A DNA stretch of 64,000 nt, taken from contig OX597818.1 in the NCBI GenBank assembly GCA_951406725.2, positions 58,652,001-58,716,000 on the forward strand. Reading direction: 5' to 3'. A model generated the notes under the pieces. It saw nothing but the letters and a program-made list of their open reading frames with translations. It was not told the DNA's origin and did no database searches. The position numbers and the translations under genes are program-made. Positions 12,617 through 27,512 of this stretch are shown here, piece after piece. This DNA comes from Octopus vulgaris. Lineage: Eukaryota. The stretch's first letter is position 1. Each line of letters opens with the position of its first letter.

Positions 12617-13850
12617 TCATCCCATAAGTTCCGTCCGAATTTTGAATATAAAAATAAGTGATCAAATATTATATTTAATTGAAATTTTATCATCAACGTA
12701 CTTTCCCTGATTATCTATGACTTCCTTCCATCTATTTACAAGCTTTTTAATCCCATCAATTTAAAACTATTTTGGTTTCAAAGTGAAGAACTCTAAAGTG
12801 TCAGTTTTGACCTCCACCTGGCTTGCGAAAGTTATATCCTCCAAATGATTCTGTAAACAACGAAACAAATGGTAGTCTGAAGGAGCAAGGTGCGGAGAAT
12901 AAGTTGGATAAGGAATTTTTCTTCGCTATCCTGTGATGTGATCTTTGCAGTGTGGCTTCGCTCATTGTCCTTTTTTTCTTCAGAGTTTGGTTCAAACGCT
13001 TTAATTGCTGACAGTAGACTTGAGCATTGATTGTTGCATTAAGTAGTAACAATTCAAAGTGAATTACTCCTTTGCAATCCCACCAGATAGAGAAAAGTAC
13101 CTTTTTTTCATGAAGTTCCCTTCTCGGGTGTATTTGAGCTTTTACCCTTTTACCAAGTGACTTGTTACCACATTTAACACTTCGACAGAAGTTCCATTTT
13201 TCGTCACCAGTCACATATCTATTTAAAAAGGGTGAACTGATTTCGCGAAAATGGAGAGAAGAGCAGATGTCAACTCGGGATTTGCGGTTGCTTTCGGACA
13301 ATTCATGAGGCACCCATTTTCCAAGTTTAGTAATCTTTCAAAGTTGTTGAAGATGACGATTTACAGTTGTTTGGTTTGAACTAAGCTTTATTGCCAATTC
13401 TTCAACTGACAATGCGGGATTTCCTTCAAGTAATGCCTCGAAGAGTTTATCCTCAAACTTAACTGGATGTCCCGTTTGATCTTCGTCTTCGAGGCTAAAA
13501 TCTCCATCTCTGATCTTTTGCAAACCCTCTTCTGCAAGTTCTTTCATTCAAGTATTCTTTCCCATAAACTGAGCGTATATTTCGTGTCGCGCCAGCTGCA
13601 GAGTTTCCTTTTTTTATACTCATAAATCATTATGCGCCTTAAATGATATTTGGATAGTTCCATGTCAGAAAAGGTTTTAATCAAAGATATTTTAATTCTA
13701 TTTTTCTGTAAAAAAAACATTTAATTTGTTTAAATGTACACAAATGCATAAAAATACTTTTTAATTCTCATTAGACATTCGAAAATTCTATTAAATTTCA
13801 TGCAATTTTGAAAAAGGTAAAATCGGACAGAACTTATCGGATGAAATTAT
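12612..13850 (-). mobile_element. Mariner (Tc1/mariner, DD34D-type) transposon, full-length and decayed
   Basis: TIRs ggtcatcccataagttccgtccga / tcggacagaacttatcggatga in TA context. ORFs 13338-13547 and 12801-13313 carry GDFSLED, PHELS, VTGDEKW and WWDCKGVIHFELL motifs. Confidence 0.92.
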
Positions 13851-13865
13851 ATATATATATATATA

Positions 13866-14054
13866 TACTCTTACTCTTTTCTCTTTTACTTGTTTCAGTT
13901 ATTTTGACTGCGGCCATGCTGGAGCACCGCCTTTAGTCGAGCAAATCAACCCCGGGACTTATTCTTTGGAAGCCCAGTACTTATTCTATCGGTCTCTTTT
14001 TTTGCCGAACCGCTAAGTAACGGTTGTCAAGCAATGCTAGGGGGACAAACACAG

Positions 14055-14087
<33 letters not shown>

Positions 14088-14250
14088 CGACAGGCTTCTT
14101 TCAGTTTCCGTCTACCAAATCTACTCACAAGGCATTGGTCGGCCCGGGGCTATAGCAGAAGACACTTGCCCAAGATGCCACGCAGTGGGACTGAACCCGG
14201 AACCATGTGGTTGGTTAGCAAGCTACTTACCACACAGCCACTCCTGCGCC
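13866..14250 (-). mobile_element. tRNA-derived SINE family C (CORE-like segment, internal microsatellite, CR1-type tail)
   Basis: Minus strand has A box-like gtggctgtgtggtaag, B box ggttcagtccc, cttgggcaagtg, and tail ggcggtgctccagcatggcc. Confidence 0.85.
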
Positions 14251-14892
14251 TATATATATATATATATATACATATATATAAATATACATATATATACATA
14301 TATATATATACATATATATACATGCATATCTCACTATCTATCTATATGTATATCTACACATACATTTACACACACATGCATATACTCACATATATCTTTG
14401 CATAAATACATACACACATACTTAACAACTGGTGAAACAGAAACCAGTTATGTGAGAAGGTAAACATTTTGAAAGATTACTTAAAATGTATAAAGATTAT
14501 GGAAACGGTGAAAAAACAGTAAACCTAAACGAATTAATGATTAAAATTAAATTAAATACGATAGGATGTCTGGCTAAAATAGAAGTGGTAATGACTAATA
14601 CATGGATAAAGTTAAAAAATCATTTATGTATTTTTTTAATCGTTTGACCTCATGATCACAGTAATGACCAGCAGGAAAATGGTGAATTTTCTAGATTAAT
14701 TATGGATCTGAAAACAAAGGTTTAAGCCGAACGTATTGAGTTAAAAGATGATATTTACATCTCTCATTATGAAATGTAAACACTGAAAGAGAAATGTAAT
14801 ATTGTTTAACCCACCATTGAGCACTAACGTATCGATTAATATCGTAGGATGGATCCTGTCTCTGATACGAAAACACTTAGTATCACAAAATA

Positions 14893-15498
14893 TTCTTTTC
14901 TACTCTAGGCACAAATCCCGAGATGTTTGGGGAGGGAGTCGATTAGATCGACCCCAGTAGGCAACCGGGACTTAATTTAGGGTTCCCGAAAGGATGAAAA
15001 GCAAAGTCGACTTCGGCGGAATCTGAACTCAGAACGTAAAAACAGACGAAATACCTATTTCTTTACTACCCACAAGGGGCTAAAAACAGAGGACACAAAC
15101 AAGGACAGACAAACAGACTAACTCGATTATATCGACCCCAGTGCATAACTGGTACTTATTTAATCGACCCCAGTGCGTAACTGGTACTTATTTAATCGAC
15201 CCCGAAAGGATGAAAGGCAAAGTTGAGCTCGGCGGAATTTGAACTCAGAACGTAACGGCATACGAAATACCTATTTCTTTACTACCCACAAGGGGCTATA
15301 CACAGAGAGGACAAACAAGCACAGACAAACGGATTAAGTCGATTATATAGACTCCAGTGCGTAACTGGTACGTATTTAATCGCCCCCGAAAGGTTGAAAG
15401 GTAAAGTCGACGGCGGAATTTGAACTTAGAACGCAACGGCAGACGAAATACCGGAAAGCATTCCGCCCGGCGTACTAACATTTCTGCCAGCTCGCCGC
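14893..15498 (-). mobile_element. tRNA-derived SINE family A, trimeric tandem
   Basis: Three head-to-tail units with B box gagttcaaattcc and central gtcgactttgcctttcatcctttcggggtcga. Confidence 0.88.
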
Positions 15499-16574
15499 GT
15501 TTCGAAGATGCAATATTATATTATCAATCTCCTATACCTCATACCTGAAGTCATTTTTCTCTTACTCCCGTGATTGTTTTCTCAAGCTTAATGAACTTTA
15601 TTTCAATGACAAATTTCAGTGAATTTAGATTAAGATATCTTATCTTTGCGCGTTTTTTTTTCAGTAACTTTTTTCTCAATATTTTCTATACAATTTTACT
15701 TATCTTTATATCTCCATTAATATTTCTAATACCCTCTTTTCTCTTTTCATACTTCTATTACCATATTTTAGTTTACTGTTATTTATTTTACAGATTTTAG
15801 CTTTATTTCAAAGTTATTCTATGGCGATTACTTTAATCGTTACTATTTGAACCTCTTGAACTCTTTACCACCTTTCCAAAGCAGTACCCGGTTCCTATGA
15901 TTTCTTTCAATTCCATTGAAATTGTCCAACTTTTCCGTAATTTTCAATGTTATCAACACTTCTCTCAAGCTGTACTTATTCCTAAGAAAAACGGATTTTG
16001 ATCATATTATATTTTGTTTACCCTATTGCTACCTACACATATTTTCTCAATTGCTTCAAATTAGCACTCCTGCTATTATTTCGAATATGCGGCCGTTCCC
16101 GTGTTTTGCTTGTTTGTTTTTTTCTGTTTATTTACTTCATTATACAACTGTGTCTTCTTCATACACTTATCTGATTCCAACGTTCTTCAACTATTATATA
16201 TATCTTTAATATTCGCAGTATATTCCTTGAGTATCTTAAAATCTCCCCTTCCGCACTAACTCCTATTTCTTTTCTATCCTACTTGCTATGATCGTACTTC
16301 CCCATACTTCTTTCTTCCGTTTTCCTTTTTCTCACATATTCTTTCTTTTATTCGTTTCTTTCTTTTACGCTTCTGTTCTATCATTTCCTTTTTCTCTTCC
16401 TTTTCCATATTTTCTTCCTTACACCTGTTTTATTTTCTAATTCTAACTTCATTATTATGCATTCCTTGCTCTTGGCCCTTTTTATCACAGTTTCCCTTCA
16501 TCATTACACCCTGTTGATGATGAAGGGAAAAGCATATATACGTATATATATATACGTATAAATGCATATTTATG

Positions 16575-16830
16575 TATATATATATATATGTATGTTTGTA
16601 TATAAGATTTATAAGTATATATGTTTATATATATTTAGTTATGTATGTATATATATATGTATGTTTGTATATAAGATTTATAAGTATATATGTTTATATA
16701 TATTTATTTATGTATGTATATATATATATATGTATGTTTGTATATAGGATTTATAAGTATATATGTTTATATATATATTTATTTATGTATGTATATATAT
16801 ATGTATGTTTGTATATAAGATTTATAAGTA
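16575..16830. repeat. Minisatellite (~60-bp unit x4) derived from TA microsatellite
   Basis: atgtatgtttgtatataagatttataagtatatatgtttata repeated four times. Confidence 0.85.
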
Positions 16831-16849
16831 TATATATATATGCATATAT

Positions 16850-18610
<1,761 letters not shown>

Positions 18611-19899
18611 GCCCAAATCTATGTTTGTTTATCCCCTCTATATTTAGCCCCTTGTGGGTAATGAAGAAATATATATTTAATTTTGCTTGCAATTGCCGGT
18701 TCTTTTGTTCAAACTATCGTATCTCCAGCTGCTTCATGTAAAAATTGTCAGAGTGTAGGACAACGGATTAGCATTTTTACAAAATATAGTAAGTCGCACA
18801 TACGACAGTTTTAGTAAAAATCTATCTATCCATCTATCTATTTGTCTGTCTATCCATACATACATATATACTTACACACACACACACACACATATATTCT
18901 TGAAATTGCGCCAATTTTGTAGTGCCCATGGCGACACTAGCGACACTATAGAGAATGAAAACCCAACGTCTTCTGCTGGTCCCATTACATTTTAAGTGAT
19001 AATATACAGAGCTGGAGTCGAGGAGGATATTGACATCTCCTTGACAATAGTCACTTCTAAATCCTTAATATTATTGGATGATGTGTGTAGTTCCACTAAA
19101 GGAAGAGAATATGGCTATTCGAGTGCAATTTTTTTTCTCCAAAGGGTATAGATTCAAATTTCCTCTCATTCAACTACATATTGCTTTGTCCACACATTAG
19201 TTTACGAAATATAGATCGGACTGAAGTCCACTGCGGTCTTTCCTTCCTCGAATAATTTTCTGCAGTGTGAAGTTTTCTGCGAATCTGGTGCAAGAATAAA
19301 TATCTAGTATCGCAAAAAAACGTAGTCTATTGAAATTTGTCACATTATTTTGCGCTTTGTATTTAATAGTGAGAAATATGCTGAAAGCTGAAATGTATTC
19401 CATTTAAAAACTCTGAATAAAAATGGATAAGCGTCAGCAGTAACGGCTAATAGGATTATACTGTTGAAATTCAAATTTATAGATATATCCGTTTATTATT
19501 TACGCAATTATAACCAAATAAATGTTTAACTAAACTTTTAAGATTAAGTTAGAAAAAGCTACACCTAGACGATAAAGGATGGAATCGTTCGAAATCTCGT
19601 GTGGATGCAGATAGCTGAATGCTTTGAAAGTTGAACTTCATCGAAAAATATTAACGAAAAAGAGCTAAAATTTTATGCGTTTACTTGAATACAAAACAGC
19701 GACGAGTTGGTGAATTAGTATAATATATAGAAGTAAACATCCATATGAATATATATGTGTGTATATAATATTCATATATACGTATATGTATAATTATAAT
19801 TATAATTAATTATAATTATCATTATCCCAGTAAAAAAACTGTAGCATCTTATTCTGGCAGCACGCTGACGGAAGGGGGATGGTGACATACTTTCATTCA

Positions 19900-20281
19900 T
19901 CCTTTGAATCTGGTGGTACTGATACCATGAGTTGAGGTGATGTCTTCTAGTGCCTTCAAATTTAATACACAATTATTAATAATTAAGACGCAATTATTTA
20001 TAATTGAAGAGTTCTACGCTGAAGAGGAAAATAGTTGGTAAGACATAATTATTTAATTTTTATGCTTTCCTATGACTTAATTCCGAAACGTACGTCCGTA
20101 TATAGAATGATTGTCGTCATTTCTTTCTCTTTTGCCTGCGTTGTTTGCCTTTTAAGTGCTATGGTTTTACTAAGATCTCCCTTTTAAGTAGAAAGAATAG
20201 CCAACACTCTTTGACTGCTATTTCTAAATTCGGTGTGTGGTGAGGCAAATCGTTGCTAAACCCTTAATTACTTAGTATTAC
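19900..20281 (+). mobile_element. PLE pseudo-LTR-like repeat (family H2), copy 1
   Basis: A diverged inverted copy lies at 21849-22215; contains an HHR and ends in (TA)n. Confidence 0.7.
20015..20100 (+). ncRNA. Type I hammerhead ribozyme, canonical core
   Basis: UACG-CUGAAGA-GGAA-(51 nt)-UUCC-GAAA-C-GUAC-GUC-CGUA; stem III palindrome ACGUACGU; predicted cleavage after C20096. Confidence 0.8.
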
Positions 20282-20306
20282 GTATATGTATATATATATA
20301 TTTATA

Positions 20307-20350
<44 letters not shown>

Positions 20351-20689
20351 AATATACCAGAAATTAAAGAAGGAAAATGCGCACATTTTACATAGTTTTA
20401 ATATAATTTTTAATATAACTTGTATTGTGTTTGTCTTCAGTTTGTTCTCGGGTACAGTAATTTAATCCCTCGATTTTTTTAGAATAGCTACATTTGAGTT
20501 AATTTCTTTCAATTCCTTTAATATGTCTTCCTTGGTAATTTTATCCGATGTGTTTCTGGTAGCTGTATATATAACAAACCATTAAACTATCGTCTTAAAA
20601 TGAAGATAACACAGAAATCTCATTTTAACAGATATATTTACAAGATTACATAAACATATCTTGAAATACTAAAGAGTAAATATTTTCAA

Positions 20690-21100
20690 TGAAATCAACA
20701 TTGTATTCAACCACTGTCACCAAAGGACTTCAGAATCTGCAACACCTTTGGACGATCTCTTGATATAAGTAGGTGAATACTGCCATAATTCCTGCTGGGG
20801 TGTTAGGAGATCAGATTTTAGGGGTCGCAGAAATTGTCTGCTTCGGTGGCTTGGTGTAGAATGCTGCTGTCAGACATTGGGTGATCCAGAAGCCACCCCT
20901 CTTGATCCAGGATGTCACTAACTTCTTCAGGCACTGGATATAGGGCCCCCTCTGGAGTATGATGCCGTGTGTGAAAATGTATGGAGGCAACAACGTAGAA
21001 ACAACTAGTGATAACTCCAAACACCATTATGTTGACTGGATGTTTGATTTTTATCACTCTCAGCATGTGTCCTCGGATTGCACTGCTCTCATATTGAGAC
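20690..21100 (-). mobile_element. Tc1/mariner-superfamily (DD37D/maT-like) transposase remnant
   Basis: KHPVNIMVFGVITS...PPYIFTHG...YIQCLKKLVTSWIKR across frames. Confidence 0.6.
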
Positions 21101-21219
21101 CCAAACACTCTGAATTCTTCGTATTAAGCTTCCGTTGCGAGTGCCAAGCAGTACAACATGTCATTTCCAAATTTCTGAATGAAATACATTTTGTTAAGCG
21201 TATCCACAAGCAGTGAAAG

Positions 21220-21560
21220 AACGTACATGTCAGCTGTGGTTTGAAATGTTTAAAGACGGTGTTTGTGACTTCTACAACGAAGTTCGCTCCAGAAGATGAA
21301 CCTCGTTAAATGGTGCCCTTTTGGTTGTATCTGTTGTATTAAGTCCACATCAAACACGAGAGACTTTGCACGAAAATTTAATGTGTCATTTTCAAATATT
21401 TACGAACATCTCAAGTAAATTAGGAAAATATACAAAGAGGGAATTTGCGTTCTACATGAGCTTACGCTTGAGAACTGAACACAATAATCCACCATTTCTA
21501 GCCGTCTTCTAACCAGGAATAACAACCAGTCATTGCTACAGCGCAATGTCACAACAGAAA
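21220..21560 (+). mobile_element. Highly decayed mariner transposase N-terminal remnant
   Basis: ERTCQLWFEMFKDG...EVRSRR resembles the mariner HTH/GRP region. Confidence 0.45.
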
Positions 21561-21741
21561 ACGAAACAGGCAATGATTATCACTTAATGAGTCTATTGCC
21601 CTAATGTATCTATCTATTGTAATTATGTATCTATTGTATGTCCACTGTATGTATGTATTTATGCGTGTATATATACATATATATATGTATGTATATATAT
21701 ACAGATATATATATATATAGCTATCTGTATATATCTATCTA

Positions 21742-21828
<87 letters not shown>

Positions 21829-21848
21829 TTATATATATATATATATAA

Positions 21849-22215
21849 GTAATACTAAGTAATTAAGGGTTTAGCAACGAATTGCCTCACCAACACACCG
21901 AATTTAGAAATAGCAGTCAAAGAGATATAGCTATTCCTTCTACTAAAAGGGGGATCTCAGTAAAAACACAGCACTTGAAAGGCAAACACAGACAGGTAAG
22001 AAAGAAAGAATGAAATGACGGCAATCTATCATACAATTTTAAGTTACCTACGGACGTACGTTTCGAAATCAAGTTTTAGGAAAGCATAAGATTAGAAAAT
22101 TCTACCTTACCCAAACTTCTTTTCTCATCGGCGCAGGATACTACAATTATGAATAATTGTATATTAAATTTTGAGATACTAGAAGGCATTATCTCAACTC
22201 AGTGTCAGAGCGAGC
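21849..22215 (-). mobile_element. PLE pseudo-LTR-like repeat (family H2), copy 2
   Basis: Reverse complement of 19900-20281 with many substitutions. Confidence 0.7.
22047..22137 (-). ncRNA. Type I hammerhead ribozyme-like motif (U4C core), homolog of 20015-20100
   Basis: CCUGCG-CCGAUGA-GAAA-(long loop)-UUUC-GAAA-C-GUAC-GUC-CGUAGG. Confidence 0.7.
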
Positions 22216-22286
22216 CAAAGCATGACCAGTACCACGAAATTCAAAGTGTGAATGAAAGTTTGTGTCACCAGCCCCTGACCATAACC

Positions 22287-22355
<69 letters not shown>

Positions 22356-22387
22356 AGAAAGTTTGTTTGTGAAAGCACGTGGGTGAA

Positions 22388-22820
22388 TATATAAGAAAAT
22401 AGTAAAGAGTGAAAACACGACAGAAGGCTTAAATGTTAAAGAATATATATATTTGCGTCAATATGTCTGGAGAATATTGGAAAAATTGTTTTCCTTCCTT
22501 ATAATGACATAATTTTATAATTTTTAAAGAAAGACCGGTTTCGCATTTAGCTCTTCAAATTTCACGCACTACCTTCCCTTATTTAGAACTCTCCGTAGCA
22601 AAAAAACAAGGATAACGCTAATAAAGATAAACATTACGTCGCAAGAAATTTGAAGAGCTAAATGCGAAACCGGTCTTTCTTTGAAAATTATAAAATTATG
22701 TCATTATAAGGAAGGAAAAAAATTTTTCCAATATTCTCCAGACATATTGACGCAAATATATATATTCTTTAACATTTAAGCCTTCTGTCGTGTTTTCACT
22801 CTTTACTATTTTCTTATATA
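22388..22820. repeat. Fold-back inverted repeat (~175-bp arms, ~80-bp spacer) with an HHR at the inner end of each arm
   Basis: 22388-22563 versus 22645-22820 are near-identical reverse complements; flanked by (TA)n. Confidence 0.92.
22643..22681 (+). ncRNA. Minimal HHR-like motif (C3U core); mirror copy on minus strand at 22529-22563
   Basis: AAGAAA-U-UUGAAGA-GC-UAAAU-GC-GAAA-C-CG-GUC-UUUCUU; palindromic ACCGGU. Confidence 0.65.
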
Positions 22821-22828
22821 TATATATT

Positions 22829-22907
<79 letters not shown>

Positions 22908-22934
22908 CGTGCAAGATTTTTTATATATATATAT

Positions 22935-23150
22935 AGGGAGAATTCACAAAAAGAGCGAAAGACGAGGACAGGTGGCGTAGACAAAAAAAAACAGATATAT
23001 TAGTATAACGCTCGGGAAAGGAAAACGTCTTTACCGTTTCGAGCGTACGCTCTTCCACATAAAGGAACACAAAGAAAAAGGAGAGAAAATAAAGAAGAGA
23101 AAAAGAAGAATGAGTAGTGGCTAGCGATCTATCATGGCGAATGGCGGACA
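22935..23150 (-). mobile_element. Family H1 repeat, diverged copy with decayed HHR (~23028-23065)
   Basis: gtttcgagcgtacgctcttc stem II/GAAA retained. Confidence 0.6.
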
Positions 23151-23172
23151 GAAGGGTCTATATATGTATATG

Positions 23173-23253
<81 letters not shown>

Positions 23254-23526
23254 ATAATTCAGAGAAAACCTTTATTAAACAATTCAATAATGAAAGGTGT
23301 TATTCACACCATATAGTAAACATATATTATAAAAAACCTTTATCTAAAAATCAATAAAATACAAAAATAATAAACAGTAAATAATAACAAATACTACTGT
23401 ACACCATTATTTTTTTTGTATGTTATTGATTTTTAGAATAAGGTTTTTATAATATATGTTTACTATATGGTGTGAATAATACCTTTCCTTATTGAATTCT
23501 TTAATAGAGGTTTTTATCTAAATTAT
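23254..23526. repeat. Fold-back inverted repeat (~120-bp arms)
   Basis: tattcacaccatatagtaaacatatattataaaaa / tttttataatatatgtttactatatggtgtgaata. Confidence 0.85.
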
Positions 23527-23610
23527 ATACATATATTATATATTGTGAAATTTTCTTTAGAATTGCCTAATTGAAATTTTCCCTCTAAGTTTTGGAATTA
23601 TATTCCTTAC

Positions 23611-23677
<67 letters not shown>

Positions 23678-23692
23678 CATACATATATATAT

Positions 23693-24205
23693 ATGAACAT
23701 CAGAGGACTGCAAACACTCAGTAACAGGACAAAGATCCCGTTCCTGAGAGACTTCGTTGCATGCAATCAAGCCTTATGCATAGCACTTACAGAAACGCAC
23801 CTGAAACCGGACATAGCAGATGCGGAGTTACACATACCACAGTATGCTGTACTACGGACCGACAGGAAAGAAAGGAGTCATGGAGGTGTTGCTATGTACA
23901 TCCGGGAGGACCTCACACCCCAGGTCCTCTTGTCATACTCAAACTCGGTGTGTGACACACTAATTGTACATATTAGGCAACTTGATGTAGTTGTGTGTGC
24001 TACATATCGCCCTCCAGATGCCCCAAGCCATGTGGGCAAGTTTGAAGACTGCCTTATAAAAATAGAAGAAATTCTAACCACATTAGAACAACACATAGGT
24101 GTGCTTCTTATGGGAGACTTCAATCTGCCCAATGTCAGATGGCCCGAGGGCCTTTCTCTCCCAGGAATGACAAGATGTGAACGAGGACAGGCGAGGTCCC
24201 TCTGA
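23693..24205 (+). pseudogene. LINE ORF2 apurinic-like endonuclease domain
   Basis: NIRGL, LTETHL, RTDR...GGV, YRPP and GDFNLP motifs. Confidence 0.93.
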
Positions 24206-24225
24206 ACCTCATCAACACCCTGTAC

Positions 24226-26328
24226 ATGGAGCAGATAATACTCCAACCAACCAGGGCAGTTAACACACTGGATCTCTGCTTCACAAATGACATGGATCTC
24301 ATCCATAATGTGAAAGTGACACCGACACTACTCTCGGATCACAACATGATAGAGCTGACCATGTACGGGCCAAAAGAGAGCACGGACATGCAGCCTACAA
24401 GAAACCCTCAAAATCTTTCCAGCTTGAACTACCATAAGGCAAACTGGAAACAAATTGAGAAAGAGATCCTCAAACAAAACTGGCCTAAATGTCTCTCCTC
24501 GCCAGACATCGACGTGAAACTTCAACAATTCATGTCTGTAATGCAAGCCATATGCTACAAATGTGTCCCAGAGAGAAAGGCCACTGTACACAAGAACAAA
24601 ATCCCCAGAGAGAGGAAAATTTTAATGAGACGGCGTACGAAATTTTCAAATCGCCTAAACAAACATATTGAAAGCAGTGAAAAGTCCCGCCTAAAAATAA
24701 AACTGTTGGAAATCGAAAAATGTCTGCAACTCTCCCATGAAAAAGAAAGAGCAGACAAAGAAGCCTGGGCTATAGAAAACATAAAATCTAACCCCAGAGC
24801 TTTCTACAGGTATGCCAAAGAAACAGCTACAGTGCACTGTAGAATAGGGCCACTCCTCGAAAAGGATGGCACACTTACAGGAAAACCAATGAGGGTAAGT
24901 GAAATACTGAATGAGCAATTTAAGAGTGTTTTCACTCCACCCCTTGGGCATCTCCAAATCACCAATCCAACTGACTTTTTTACCACTGCAGATATAAAAT
25001 CAGAGGCGGCGACGATAGATTACATCGATATAAAGGAAGACGATGTAACCAAGGCTATAGATGAAATGAAAACAGACTCAGCTACTGGCCCCGATGGATT
25101 CCCGGCAATCCTCCTAAAAGCATGTAAGAGAGTCCTAGCAAGACCACTGCAGTTCCTCTTTCAGAGCTTCCTTGCAGCTGGCAAACTTCCAGGAAAACTG
25201 AAGGAAGGTAAAATATGCCCCATTCATAAAGGAGGTAGCAGAGCGGAAGCCAAGAACTATAGACCTATCTCTCTGACCTCACACATCAGCAAGGTCATGG
25301 AACGAATAGTCAGAAGGAAGCTGATCACCTTCCTTGAAGAGAATGACTTGCTGCCCGACACCCAACATGGTTTCCGACCAGGGAGAAGCTGTTTAACTCA
25401 GCTCCTACAACACTATGACTGGGTGCTGAAACGGCTGCTCAACCACTCAAATGTGGAAGTGATATATCTCGACTTTGCAAAGGCCTTTGATAAAGTCGAT
25501 CATGGAATGATATGTCACAAACTGCGTGATCTCAACATAGTTGGAAAACTGGGAGAATGGCTTCATGACTTTTTGAAGGATAGAAGTCAGGTGGTAGTAG
25601 CCAATGGGGCCACCTCCATTAACACACAAATAGTGAGCGGTGTTCCGCAGGGCACTGTTCTGGGACCACTACTGTTCATAATGGCCCTCTCAGACATGCC
25701 CTCAGCCACGCAGAGAGCCACGATCACAAGTTATGCAGATGATACAAAAGTTTCACAGGCAATACAGAACCCTGAGGACACTAAACACCTGCAATGTGAG
25801 CTGGACGAAATATACAAGTGGGCTGAAAAGAATAGCATGCAGTTCAATGCTGGAAAGTTTCAAGCTTTATACTATCAGCATGCAAAACTGAATGCAATAC
25901 CCAATGAATACACTGGACCCGGAGGGATTGCAATCCCAGAGGCACAATCAGTGCGTGACCTGGGTATTCACATGAGTGATGACGCGACCTTTCATGTACA
26001 TGTTGCTAAACTGACAATGAAATGTAGACGGCTGGCTGGATGGATTCTTAGAACCTTTAGAACAAGAGAACAAGAAACCATGATGGTCCTCTGGAAGACA
26101 CTTGTCCTAAGCCACTTTGACTATTGCTCTCAGCTATGGTCACCATCCAGTGTCAAGTTGATCACAGAACTTGAGGCGATCCAACGAAGCTACACGAAGA
26201 AGATAGCCTCTATGCAGAATGTAAGCTACTGGGAAAGACTCAAGAGATTAAAATTATATTCCCTGGAGCGTAGGCGGGAAAGATATGCCATAATATACAT
26301 CTGGAAGATCCTGGAGGAAGTGTCCTGA
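24226..26328 (+). CDS. LINE ORF2 reverse transcriptase (700-aa open segment of a frameshifted ORF2)
   Basis: SDH, GPDG, NYRPISLTS, QHGFRPGRSC, YLDFAKAFDKVDH, SGVPQGTVLGPLLF, YADD and RDLG motifs. Confidence 0.93.
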   Translation: MEQIILQPTRAVNTLDLCFTNDMDLIHNVKVTPTLLSDHNMIELTMYGPKESTDMQPTRNPQNLSSLNYHKANWKQIEKEILKQNWPKCLSSPDIDVKLQQFMSVMQAICYKCVPERKATVHKNKIPRERKILMRRRTKFSNRLNKHIESSEKSRLKIKLLEIEKCLQLSHEKERADKEAWAIENIKSNPRAFYRYAKETATVHCRIGPLLEKDGTLTGKPMRVSEILNEQFKSVFTPPLGHLQITNPTDFFTTADIKSEAATIDYIDIKEDDVTKAIDEMKTDSATGPDGFPAILLKACKRVLARPLQFLFQSFLAAGKLPGKLKEGKICPIHKGGSRAEAKNYRPISLTSHISKVMERIVRRKLITFLEENDLLPDTQHGFRPGRSCLTQLLQHYDWVLKRLLNHSNVEVIYLDFAKAFDKVDHGMICHKLRDLNIVGKLGEWLHDFLKDRSQVVVANGATSINTQIVSGVPQGTVLGPLLFIMALSDMPSATQRATITSYADDTKVSQAIQNPEDTKHLQCELDEIYKWAEKNSMQFNAGKFQALYYQHAKLNAIPNEYTGPGGIAIPEAQSVRDLGIHMSDDATFHVHVAKLTMKCRRLAGWILRTFRTREQETMMVLWKTLVLSHFDYCSQLWSPSSVKLITELEAIQRSYTKKIASMQNVSYWERLKRLKLYSLERRRERYAIIYIWKILEEVS

Positions 26329-26731
26329 ACTTTGGCATCGAGAGTTACGCAAATGCCAGAATTGGGCGCCACTGCGTGGTGCCTAGGACTCCAAACCTGC
26401 CATCAAGATGTAGGACAAGATTCTGTGATAGCCTGGGCTTCCGAGGCCCACAGCTCTTCAATATCCTCCCGAAGAACCTGAGAGACCTGCATGGGGTGGA
26501 TACAGATGTCTTTAAAATGAAGCTGGATCTCTTCCTGTCAGGTGTCCCAGATGAACCAACTTCACGGCAGGAGGGGCAGATGAGGGCAGCTGCATCGACT
26601 CTCTCATGCACCAAATAGCAGTTGCTAGAAAGCCTCCATGAAGTGAAACCAAGTAGCAACACCAAATGGCGGTGCCCCAGCATGGCCACAGCTCATAAGC
26701 TGAAACTAGAATCAATCAATCAATCAATATG

Positions 26732-26813
<82 letters not shown>

Positions 26814-27163
26814 ACTTAGAATATATATATATACATACATACACCACCTATATATATATATATGGGCACCAAGGCCCATATATATATATTGTATAGACAT
26901 ATCCGGGTGTGATACTGTTTGAAGGAATATTCTTGAATTTTTGTGGCATACGTGTCCTGGTGTAATGTTGAAAGAGCATAATAGGTGATATATATATATT
27001 GTCGTTATGTGATGCGATTTAGATACATATGGTCCATATGCATATATGCCAACATATTCGGACAGTATATGGAATATTTTCCACATCATACATATATATA
27101 TTCACGGCGTCGTTGGAGTGAATACAATTTCAGCTTATAGTCACCCCAGTAGTCATACATATC

Positions 27164-27331
<168 letters not shown>

Positions 27332-27444
27332 TAGGTGAATGAATTATCCTATCTTTTATCGTCAGCATGGAAAATTCGTTTAACCGAAACCTGTGTCGAG
27401 AGTAAAGGAATTTTGTTAACATCTTCGTTCGACTCCATTCTTTC

Positions 27445-27512
<68 letters not shown>

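Larger units (their letters stand above)
23693..26727 (+). mobile_element. CR1-group LINE, 5'-truncated at the start of ORF2, (ATCA)n tail, inserted in (TA)n
   Basis: APE endonuclease and RT in register, apart from frameshifts near 24205 and 26325; the 3' UTR ends gaatcaatcaatcaatcaat. Confidence 0.95.

Noticed and set aside
14893-15498. Regularly repeated units resembling a CRISPR array or tRNA cluster
   Set aside because: The units are whole SINE bodies without unique spacers, the heads do not fold into complete cloverleaves, and the context is eukaryotic with no cas genes.
16491-16530. 13-bp-stem hairpin tttcccttcatca/tgatgaagggaaa containing UGAUGA
   Set aside because: It is isolated, has no HHR topology, and no function can be supported.
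27385-27402. CGAAACCUGUGUC, HHR 3' half; similar partial motifs near 14708, 41549 and 690-725
   Set aside because: There is no matching CUGANGA with paired stems, so they are too incomplete to call.
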